In this document: positions 1 through 9,488 of the stretch, one piece after another
Numbering within the stretch: the first letter of the stretch is position 1
How the letters are laid out: every line of letters begins with the position of its first letter
Origin: Utricularia gibba
Lineage: Eukaryota > Plantae > Magnoliophyta
Length of the DNA stretch: 64,000 nucleotides
Assembly (NCBI GenBank): GCA_002189035.1
Contig: NEEC01000012.1
Coordinates: 2,728,001-2,792,000 of the forward strand
Reading direction: 5' to 3'
Program-made: the position numbers and the translations under genes
The notes under the pieces: model-generated
Databases searched by the model: none
Told to the model about the DNA's origin: nothing
Seen by the model: the letters and a program-made list of their open reading frames with translations, nothing else

Positions 1-1
1 G

Positions 2-106
2 GAGACGCTCGATCGATCGGAGATGTTCGGGATCGTGATGAGGAAGAAGGTGCCGTTGGTTGCCGTGCCGTATCCCAGACTAGAGTCCCCGGAGGCCTAC
101 TCATGA
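2..106 (+). CDS. 3' end of a cytochrome P450 (CYP706-like), copy 1; the rest lies upstream of the window
   Basis: Frame from base 2 reads ETLDRSEMFGIVMRKKVPLVAVPYPRLESPEAYS* (TGA 104-106). This is 29/34 aa identical to the C-terminus of the P450 ending at 3823. Confidence 0.9.
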   Translation, partial: ETLDRSEMFGIVMRKKVPLVAVPYPRLESPEAYS

Positions 107-113
107 TCAATGG

Positions 114-659
114 TAGGGATGAAAGTTAAAGTCCAAGCCCATTGTCCGGCCCGGCCCGGACCTAAAAAACATCGGGTTTGGACCTATACATTGATGACTC
201 AAAATATTGTCGGGTTTTTTGGCCCGAAGCCCTAAGCACTTAGGCCCGATTGGGCTTCGGGCCTTAAAGCTCGACGGGTCTAGGACCAATTTAAAAATAT
301 GATTTTTATATATGATAATTATAATTATTTTTTATTTTTAATAATTAAAATTCATTTTATATGCATTATTTTATTTTTAGAATAGATAATATGAATTAAT
401 AATTTATATAATAATTTTTAATAAAATTATTTAAATAATATTAAAAATGTATATTAATGTTTAATAATTTTTTAAATTTTTTATTTATTACATGATAGGC
501 CCGTGGGTCGGGTAGGGCCAGCCCGGCCCAATGAATAATCGAGCTAAGGCCGTGCTAATCATATTTTTGTGTAATCGGGTTTTAGCCCGGTCCTAGCCCG
601 AAACTTGACGAGGCCCTCTGAAATAGGGTCGGGCCGGCCTGGCCCAACTTTCATCTCCA
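114..659. mobile_element. hAT-superfamily MITE (546 bp)
   Basis: Left terminus TAGGGATGAAAGTT (114-127) and right terminus AACTTTCATCTCCA (646-659) match 12/14 as inverted repeats; TAGGGATGAAA is the Ac/Ds-type TIR. Perfect 8-bp direct repeat ATCAATGG at 106-113 and 660-667. GGCCC/CGGG-rich subtermini with an AT-rich core. The paralogous site at 3823-3840 is empty. Confidence 0.93.
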
Positions 660-925
660 ATCAATGGAATGGAACTACATACACTTAAATCTACGGCGAA
701 CTTATTCTGCAACTATTTTGGGAGTGCTCGGCTTCATATCAGAAGCGGATGTACAACAGTAGAAAGAAAAAACGGGCCGAAGTCAACATAGCAGCAGAAA
801 GGAGTTGGAGAAGGTGATTCGTATCAGAAACATTGATTTGAACATATTCTGTATACAGGCAGCAGCAGACTGCTGTAGGAGTGAAGAAAAGAGTTCACTT
901 CATTGAAGGCTGGAGCTGGGCTCAC

Positions 926-1200
926 TCTATGATCACTTGACGTATGACTCCAGGAAGAACACCACCATCATCTACAGGAGCAGTTTGGATTTCAATGTGC
1001 CTCAAGTAATCCAACTGGTTCTGCTCACACAAGGCTTTCTGATGTATAAGAGTTCTCAGATTAGTCTCAGAACATCAGACAGAAAATTTTATTCTCAATG
1101 TACTCAATGAGAAGAGGTAGTGGAAGCTAACCGGGGTATGTTTCCAGCAGAGACGCGACCAAAGGGAGATTCCGCTGAAGAAACCGAGGCGTTCTTGCGC
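926..1200 (-). pseudogene. Class IV (PLP-dependent, D-amino-acid aminotransferase-like) aminotransferase remnant, copy 1
   Basis: Minus-strand exon ~1038-926 reads ..LRHIEIQTAPVDDGGVLPGVIRQVII. A first-exon remnant KNASVSSAES..ETYP ends at G|GTTAG (~1133). The start codon region is deleted. Confidence 0.7.
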
Positions 1201-1204
1201 TTTT

Positions 1205-1510
1205 CTGCCCCTAGTTTCGCTTTGATCAGTTTGCAGATGGCTTATGCAACGGTTCAAGTGCATTGTACTACCATTTGGTGGAGATTGTTTCTGCATTACC
1301 GATATAGAATAGAAACTTTTTAGTAGAAATTGAGCAACTGGAGATGCACTAAACATAAAAGCTAAAGATTTAGAGATGGGATTTCTTCAACTTCAACTTA
1401 CAAGTATCATCATCGTGATCATCATCAACGGGTTCATAATCATCATCAGAAGCAATGGGTTCATCAGCTTCCTCCTCATCATCAGGTTTATCATTGACAT
1501 CCTTATCACC
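1205..1510 (-). pseudogene. 3' fragment (acidic linker and tail) of the B3/REM gene, copy 1
   Basis: Near-identical to ~5270-5560 (DKDVNDKPDDEEEADEPIASDDDYEP). The B3 domain and 5' exons are absent; homology stops at ~1510. Confidence 0.8.
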
Positions 1511-1569
1511 ATCATTCTATCTTCAATTTCTGACATCATCATAATACTTCAACATCCAAAATATATTTG

Positions 1570-2189
1570 GTATAGTGCATTCCACTGTCCACACATCAAT
1601 AGCACAAGGAATTGATTATATCACAGTAACAATAGATGAAGAAACTGATGCTAATAACCATGCAACTATAATTGAATTCATGGCATTTCATGTTTTCTTA
1701 TCAAGTTTATTTCTTGTTTCTTCTTGATTTTAATCAAAAATGAAATTCTCCAAATTCTTCATATGTATTCTCAATTTTATGCAACGAGACCAACTAAGAT
1801 AATTCTTTGTATCTTCAAGTGACGTAGTATCCTAAAATCGCATCTAAAACACCTTTACCATCCCTTCCATAATCTCCTTTGGCTGTTCGACAGTCACATG
1901 ATTCCCCATAATCTCCACTCAGCGCTTTGCTAGTCCACGCTATCACTCTAATACTCCATTAAGCTTCACATTGACAACGAAGAACTCTAGGGTTCTTCAT
2001 TATTTGACTAGGTTGAGAAATTAGGGATTAAGACAAAGAATAAAAGGAAAAGAAGTAGAATCAAGCTCTAATACCAAGTAGAAAAAAACAGATTACAGAT
2101 TTCTAAACAAGATGAATTTCAAGAACAATTGGGATGAGAAACAGGCTTCAATCATTCAAGGATAGAGTCATACGCATACATGCATTTGA
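1570..2189 (-). mobile_element. Decayed Ty1/copia LTR retrotransposon fragment (possible LTR remnant, PBS, N-terminal gag)
   Basis: Minus-strand TGGTATTAGAGC at 2076-2065 is 11/12 to the tRNA-iMet PBS TGGTATCAGAGC. Downstream are KNYLSWSRCIKLRIHMKNLENFI (~1810-1740) and NSIIVAWLLASVSSSI..*..AIDVW (~1680-1585), copia gag-like motifs with stop codons. Confidence 0.75.
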
Positions 2190-3823
2190 TGGTTTCTTTT
2201 TCCAAGAAAATCTCTTCCGGGACCTTGCGGCGTTCCGATTCTCGGCTACTTGCCATTTCTCCAGCCGGATTTACATCTCCAACTGCACAAACTCGCCCAG
2301 AAATACGGCCCCATCTTCAAACTCAACCTCGGCACGAAGCTCTGCGTCGTCGTCTCTTCCCCTGGTCTCATCAAGCAAATCGTACGCGAAAACGACGCCG
2401 TTTTCGCGTACCGGGATCCCCCAGCCTCCGCCCTAATTGCAACCGGAGGAATCGACATTGCTTGGGCACCAAACGGCGTCTACTGGAGGGAAATTCGCAA
2501 ATTGTTCGTCAGAGAAGTACTCAGCAACAAGAATCTGGACTCCTCGTATCCCCTCCGGAGAGAAGAAGTCAGAAAAGCGGTGAGGAAAGTAAGGAATGAA
2601 GCGGGTAAAAACGTGGACATCGGAGACCTAATCTTCAATACCGACGCCGAAGTGATCATGAACTTGCTCTGGGGACCAACTCTCGGCGCCGAAAAATCGC
2701 AAGAGTCGCAAAAAGAGTTCCGAAAACATATGACAAAGTTTGTGGACTTGCTTGGGCAGCCAAACATCTCTGATTTCTTCCCCATTCTTTCCAAGTTCGA
2801 TTTCCAGGGCATTGCGCGACAGATGAGGGAAGTCTCCTCCAAGGTCGAAAAGACCCTCGATTTCGTGATCGAGGAGAAGAAGAAACAAAAATCCAACATC
2901 ACCAGCGATCACGACACCAGAGACGTTCTCCACCGCCTTCTGGAGCTCATCGGACAAGAGCTTGGAGACGGCGTCCGTTTCGGCGTCGCCCAGATCAAAC
3001 TCTTGCTACTGGTAAGCAAAGCAAAGTAAACCCTAGGGGCAGTTTAGTAATTCTAAATTCTAAATTTCCTTTTTTATTTTTAATAAACTTGCCAGGACAT
3101 CCTTGCCGCCGGAACAGACACCACGTCGACCGGCGTGGAATGGGTGATGACGGAGATTTTATACCATCCACATGTCATGGATAAGGTGATTTCCAATTTG
3201 GGAAAAATAAATAAATTTTAGGAAAATTGTAATAATATTTTTTATAAATATTTATATCTTTTGATTTTTTTTGTTTTTTGGCAGGTGGTTGAAGAGGTCA
3301 CCGGAGTTGTGGGGAGGGGGGAGTCGTGGAAGAGTGGCACCTGCGTGAGCTCCGGTATCTCGAAGCTGTCGTAAAAGAAGCGCTCCGGCTGCATCCTCCG
3401 TTGCCTCTAATCATGACGCGGTCGCCCTCTCGATCCTGTGCAATCGGAGGGTACGAAGTTCCGGCGGGGGCAAGGGTTTTATTGAATGTCCGGTCGGTTC
3501 AAATGGACCCTAATTTATGGGATAGTCCGTCGGAGTTCAGGCCGGAGAGGTTCTTGGAGGGCAGCGCGAGCAAGGCCGATTACATGGGGAGTTGCTTCCA
3601 GTACCTTCCATTTGGATCTGGGAGAAGGGTTTGCCCTGGGATGCCTCTGGCGGAGCGAATGGTGATGCATTTTGTTGCCACGCTTGTCCACTCGTTCGAG
3701 TGGCGGCTGCCGGATGGGGAGACGGTCGATCGATCGGAGAAGTTCGGGATCCTGATGAGGAAGAAGCTGCCGTTGGTTGCCGTGCCGTATCCGAGACTGG
3801 ATTCCCCGGAGGCCTACTCATGA
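2190..3823 (+). pseudogene. Cytochrome P450 (CYP706-like), copy 2; 5'-truncated and frameshifted as assembled
   Basis: Exons 2190-3011, 3096-3185, 3285-3823. Motifs present: LPGP hinge, AAGTDTT, EALR, PERF, PFGSGRRVCPG. In-frame TGA at 2187-2189 with no ATG or membrane anchor ahead of WFLFPRK. Exon 3 changes frame at the G6 run 3316-3321. Confidence 0.8.
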
Positions 3824-3853
3824 TCAATGGAATGGAACTACGTACAGTTTTAA

Positions 3854-4271
3854 GGGCTTGTGTTGGTAAGGTTGCTAATTTTAATTTAACAAAGATTGTT
3901 AAATTAAAATTATGTGTGATAGTGATTGCGAAAATAAACAAACTTGTTTGATCGTGATTGGGATGTTGATTTCTTCTTGAGTCTATGGGTTTGCTTCTTA
4001 TATAGAAATACGAAATGAAATATTAAATAACAACTCTATAATCTTTGATTAACATAAGTAGATGAATATAAAAAAAATATTGTAAAACTTTTTAAAATAA
4101 TAATAATGATAATTTGGACAATATCTATAAAATCATGTATTTAAAAATAATCTATCAAATATAAAATATTGTAAACACTTGTTTTTTTATACAATGTTAT
4201 TATTAAATCTTAATAATGAATATCTGTTTATCTATATAATAATAATCTTAATAATCGTACCAAACAGAACC
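3854..4271. mobile_element. Tourist-like (PIF/Harbinger) MITE, 418 bp
   Basis: Termini GGGCTTGTGTTGGTA and TACCAAACAGAACC, flanked by TAA at 3851-3853 and 4272-4274. AT-rich interior. The paralogous site at ~684-690 (CACTTAAATCT) is empty. Confidence 0.85.
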
Positions 4272-4424
4272 TAAATCTATGGCGAACTTATTCTGCAACT
4301 ATTTTGGGAGTGCTATGCTTCATAGCAGAAGTGGATGCCCAATAGTAAAACGATAAAACAGGGCCGAAGTCAACATAACAGCAGAACATAGTTGGAGAAA
4401 AGGTGACTCGTATCATAAACATAA

Positions 4425-4750
4425 ATATATTAATATTTGTTAAAATTATTATTGTTATCATAAATAATAATTCAATTGTTTAGAAATTAGTTGTGTTTGA
4501 TAACATTATTATGATTACTATTATTTAAGATTAAATTATGCTTGATAGATTATTATTAAGATAAATATATTATAGTCTTTTTCATTTTTATCCCTTAACA
4601 TGAAATTAATTAAGAAATTAGTTAATGATTGTTAATACTAAGTGACTTTGAGGTACATTAGTATTAAGAATCATTTGATTGTTCAAAACAAAACAATCAA
4701 TTATAATTTATTTGTATTATTAAGTTGGGTCAACAAACTTACCAAACAAG
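4425..4750. mobile_element. Truncated AT-rich insertion with one Tourist-like terminus
   Basis: Absent from copy 1 (~830-850). The right end CTTACCAAACAAGG resembles a Harbinger TIR; no left TIR or clean TSD was found. Confidence 0.5.
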
Positions 4751-4829
4751 GTGTATATACAGGAGGAGGCAGACTGCTGTAGGAGTGAAGTAAAGAGTTC
4801 ACTTCATTGAAGGCTGGAGTTGGGCTCAC

Positions 4830-5118
4830 TCTTTGATCACTTGGCGTATGATTCCAGGAAGAACACCATCGTCTACAGGAGCAGTTTGGATTTCAATGTG
4901 CCTCAAGTAATCCAACTGGTTTTGCTCACACAAGTCTTTCTCCTGTAGAAAAGTTCTTAGATTAGTCTCAAAACAGCAGACGGAAACTTTTCTTGTCAAT
5001 GTACTCAATGAGAAGATGTAATGGAAGCTAACCAGGAATACGTTTCAAGTAGAGAAGCAACCAAAGGAGATTCCACTGAAGAAACCGAGCTGTTCTTGAA
5101 AAGCAATCCGGACTCCAT
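4830..5118 (-). pseudogene. Class IV aminotransferase remnant, copy 2
   Basis: ATG at 5118 gives MESGLLFKNSSVSSVESPLVASLLETYS, then a GTTAG..CTACAG intron, then EKDLCEQNQLDYLRHIEIQTAPVDDGVLPGIIRQVIKE|GTGAG. These match the N-terminus and the QTAP..DGVL.G.IR motif of plant At3g54970-type proteins (recalled). All middle exons are missing. Confidence 0.72.
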
Positions 5119-5196
5119 GAGAGATGAATCTGCACCCACGTGTTGTTTTGAGAGAGAAAAGGTTGTATGAACACTGAATTCCAGTTGATGCCTGTT

Positions 5197-6495
5197 TCAA
5201 TGACCCATTTGCCTTCCATCACTTCCACTAACAGGAACGAGATCTTTAAACCAGAGGCTCCCTCTGCCCCAAGTTTTGCTTTGATTAGTTTGCAGATGGC
5301 TTATGCAACGGTTCAAGTGCATTGTACTACCATTTGGTGGAGATTGTTTCTGCATTACTGATACAGAATAGAAAAGGTAGAAATTGAGCAACTGGAGATG
5401 CACTAAACATAAAGCTAAAGATGGGGTTTCCTCGACTTCAACTTACAAGGATCATCATCATCATCCTCCTCCTCCTCCTGCTCAACGGGTTCATAATCGT
5501 CATCAGAAGCCATGGGTTCATCAGTTTCCTCATCATCATCTGGTTCATCATTGACATCCTTATCATCAGCAGACACCGCAGGTGTGGGCTCTTCGTTTCG
5601 ACCACATCCATCCGTTCCGAAAATCTTCACACTGAAAGTGTGATAGCCCATGTAAGTGAACACTACGACCTCCCCTACCTTGATTTCATGATCACGGATG
5701 AACTCCGGCCATCCTCGGGCGAGATAGACGGCGTCCCTTGTCCGTCGCACATCGACAAAGGACATTTCACCGGATGGTCCTTTGAGAAAAACCATTTCCT
5801 TGATCAACCTCTTGTGTTTGTTGAGGAAGGCCGGAGGTATGCGCTGCCAGAGGAAAAAGAGGAGATATAATGTGTAGTTGAATGACGAATCACCATCTGG
5901 GTGTAGTTGAATTGTGCGGGATGGAACACTCACAAGTTGTTCAGAATTCATCTCTGGAATGAATACTTTGAAAAACTCCGGCACTTGACGTTGTTTTGGT
6001 GGCTGTCTAGGCTGCTTCTTCTCTGCTTTTGGATCTTTTAACCAGAAAATAAAAACAGGGGAAGTTTAGCGACTTGAAGCTAACAGAGCCTGTTCTGTTA
6101 GAATCCACTGTGTCAAATCAAGGCATCAAGCAGCAGATTATATGCATGTAACTAACAAACGGCAGATGCTTGGAAAACTGGTGAAACAGCAGAGATTCTC
6201 CAGCCACAAACTAGGAGATTAGATTGCAGTCTAGAGCAATTTAACAATGAGTACCTCCAGATCTTTTCTGGTTAGACCATTTTCCTTTTCTCCGGATCCC
6301 TCTTCCGGTTCTCCTGGGTGCAGCCGCCTTTTTCTTCACCGGACTCTGGCAAGTCTCCTGCTTCACTTCCGGCGCAGCCCCGCAGAATCGCTGCCGCTCC
6401 TCATCCTCAGACGACGTTGTATAATCTTGTGCCTTCACCCGTGCAACGCTGTTCTTTCCTTTATAGGGCACCTCCTGTGACCGCCGCCGCACCAT
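5197..6495 (-). CDS. B3 domain (REM/VRN1-like) DNA-binding protein; 3' end uncertain
   Basis: Exon 1 starts MVRRRSQE (6495) and ends ~6255; exon 2 is 6034-5934 (..PEFFKVFIPEMNSEQL); exon 3 from 5843 (RIPPAF..LKGPSG..YLARGWPEFIRDHEIKVGEVVVFTYMG..FSVKIFG), followed by an acidic linker. It ends either at 5415 or, after a further intron, at 5197. Confidence 0.8.
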
Positions 6496-7235
6496 TTTCC
6501 ACCCTCTTCACGAAACCAATCCAGGAGATAAGAAAGAAACCACTGCAACACCTACCAGGAGGCTGACCCCGCAAAGCAGAAAGGCGAAGACCCACAAGAG
6601 AAGATACTTGCCTGCCTTCAGGAGAGCGTCTCTCAATTCCCAACAGATCTCCGGAAAGTTAATCTGCGCTGCGTCGAGCAACCACGGGATTCGTCGGAAA
6701 CGGGCGGCTTCCGCTCCAGACGCATTGGCATCGACATGCCACAGACACCATGAAAGTTGATGATTTTTCCCCCGGAAAACCCAGAAACGTACTGAAGTAA
6801 AACACGTGCTACTCAGCTTTTTGCATCGGGAAACGATGAATGGTATATTAATATATGGCGCATTATTATTATTATCATTATTTGCTTTTCTAAAATATTA
6901 TTTAATTTCCATAATTATTTCTTTCAAAAGACAAGGATTACTTGAAGCTGCCTGAAAGACAAGCCGCAGCAACTGTTCTGAAATGTATGGAGCTTTCTCA
7001 AAAGAAGTAACCGACAGTTTAGGAAGCATGAGACAACACCAGAATGAATACCAAAAAACCAACCCTGTCATTGGAACCTGGAACAGATAGATAACCAACG
7101 GCAGGTAGAAGTCTGGAGGGCAGCAGCTTGAGTATGGAATGAATGAATGGAAATGCCGTTTTTGGAGATCAGGTCTCACTCACCATGCTGCTGCTGCTTC
7201 TACACACAGGTATGAGAAGGCATAATTTGCATCCT

Positions 7236-8763
7236 TCACATGAAATCGTAGTCGTCGTGATCGTCGTAAGTATCGGCGGCGACCATTTCGTCGTCTGGTT
7301 TTCCAACATGCAGCTGTTTTTTCTTCCCAGCTGAAAGGGAAGGGAACGGTATTTGTTGTTAGACAGCCAACAACAATATGTAGCAATGTAGATTTCCAAT
7401 ACCTGTTTTCTTTTTTGTTGTTGCTTCCTTTTCGGCTTTGATCTTTTCATTTGCAATTGCAGTTACGGAGGAAGCAACTTCTTTAGCATCTGCGCCTTTT
7501 AATGATGTCAGTGACAATCTGATCACGGACTTGAGTAGTCCAACGTAGTGATAACTCTTCTGCAACCATGAGGCAGACAAAGATGAGATTGAAATGCACA
7601 AAACAGCAGGAAAAGCCTCTTGCACACCAAAAAGGAAAGACAAAAAAAAAAAAAAAAAAAAATAAAGAATGCACCCCACCTCATACGGGCGAAGTTTGTG
7701 AGCAACAAGTTCAGCATATTCTGTAAAATCACTCTCAGATTTGGGAATGAAATTTTCCAACGTCCTTTCATCACCTTTCTTGGCGAACAGTTCTGCTGTA
7801 GCCTTGAAGTCAGCTTCTTCTACGAGCCTGTGGTAGAAAACTACCCAGATGAACAATGAAGCATACAGTGACAGAAGCTACAGACTTAGGCATTAGACAC
7901 CATGAAAAATAGATGAAGCATCACCTCTGCTGCCGAAGTTTCTCCTCTATAGGATCCAATGGTTTAACGGCCTCCACAGTTTGCGTTTGAATCTGAACTG
8001 ATTTTACAGCAGTCTTCTTTGAGGTCTTCTCATGTGGCTGCTCAACCTTAGGTGGCGGTTCAACCTTGGGTGGCGGCTAAAAACAGTTGAAATAAACAAA
8101 TGACTTCAAAAGGAGGACAAAGTAACAAAAGCATAATGTAGAGATTAAGGAATGCGACGATTCAAGCATACAGGTCCTTGTAAAAATGTGGCAACAAACA
8201 GAAACCAACAGAAAATTTTCTGTTACATAGCAACATGAACACAATGAAGAGATCCAATTTCTGGAAAAAAAAAAACATTTTTCTTTACAAAAAGCAACAC
8301 TGGCTGGATGAAGATCACCACAAAAATGAAAAAAAAGCGTACGCACAATTCTAAACAAACTATAGCAATAATAAGGAAAAATAATAGCATGAACCATACC
8401 GGAGGAGGCTCATCTTCATCTTCCCAAGAGTCCTTCACACCATCATCATCTGCATCCTCGTCGTCCCAATTGCCCTTTGGTAGCTGTTTCTTATTCAGAT
8501 CGTTTATAGGCTCATCCTCTAGAATAAAGAAGAATTAGACACAAGACACAGCTACATCTGTTCCAACTATTTCATTAAACAATAAAACATAGCATGTTTC
8601 CTATAGAAACCGAACTACTATGTGAAACTTAGAATTATGAAACTAAATGCCGCAGCGAGTATCCAAAATGCAAATAAACAATCTACATGTTTTAGAGCAC
8701 AAATAAGTTCTCTCTATTTACGAATAATAATAATAAAAAAGGCAACGTACCCCAGTCCTCCAT
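7236..8763 (-). CDS. eIF3j: Eukaryotic translation initiation factor 3 subunit J
   Basis: Six exons (8763-8751, 8518-8400, 8076-7925, 7827-7680, 7559-7403, 7330-7236), all GT-AG. Reads MEDWEDE..WDDED..VKDSWEDEDE..EEKLRQQRLVEEADF..YDDHDDYDFM*. Confidence 0.95.
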
Positions 8764-9401
8764 TGTCGGTGGTTCTTGATGGCTAGCAAGGGAAACAAAA
8801 GACTTGGCAAGTTCCCTGAAACCAGGAAAAACATTAATAATTTCGCATGCCCAACGAAGTAAGTAGCACAATTCAATACAATATCGCACCACACACGCGA
8901 TAAAATAAGAAAACAAACCTAGGGAAAAGGGTAAACACCTTCAAAAGCCTTGGAGACAGAAATCTAATTGTGAGAAGTAACTGCTGCAATCAAGAAATAT
9001 GGGCCGGAGGCAGCTGTTCGTATGACGAAGCAAACTTGAACTGGAGGAAGCTGTTGAAGACGAAAGGGCAAAATGCGTAGTTTCTGCTCTTACACATACG
9101 TTTTATAGTGGAACAGCGAATATTGGGTTGTCTAAGGCCCAATAGAGAAGCCCAAATAGGAGCCCATTCAGATCCCCTGCCTCGGTTTCTGAAGAAGATG
9201 CTGCTGTCTATGGCGACCTGCACAAAAAAGGAGGTTCCAAAGTGCTTCACAAGCCCCTTACTGGCGAGTTTTGTATGAATAGCATCAGCCTTTGAATCGC
9301 AAAGCTATGCCGTGTGTGAGTGCTCGATTCGTTGGAGCGTTCCTGTAGTAGAGCTTCCTGCTTTCTTGATTGTCGGTTGGGCGATCCTGGAAAACCGGCA
9401 A
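8764..9401. promoter_or_regulatory. Shared divergent promoter of eIF3j and the alpha/beta hydrolase, with site II motifs
   Basis: TGGGCC at 9000-9005; GGCCCA/AGCCCA at 9136, 9149 and 9161. An apparent 5'UTR intron of eIF3j lies at ~8818-8917. Confidence 0.55.
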
Positions 9402-9488
9402 ATGGCAATCCACTAACTGAAAAACTCATTGGTTTGGTTTCCTGGTCACCAATTACAGTGCCTTGGAACTCGAAGGTATCTGATCCAG

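Larger units (their letters stand above)
668..5560. repeat. Tandem segmental duplication (P450 3' end + spacer + aminotransferase remnant + B3 tail)
   Basis: 1-113 plus 668-~1510 aligns by eye with ~3718-3853, 4272-~4424 and ~4751-5560. Shared strings include GGCGAACTTATTCTGCAACTATTTTGGGAGTGCT and GCAGATGGCTTATGCAACGGTTCAAGTGCATTGTACTACC. Confidence 0.93.

Noticed and set aside
8041-8076. 18-bp tandem repeat (PPPKVE x2) in eIF3j, and the Glu run in SF3B2 (~12660-12705)
   Set aside because: Ordinary low-complexity linker variation.
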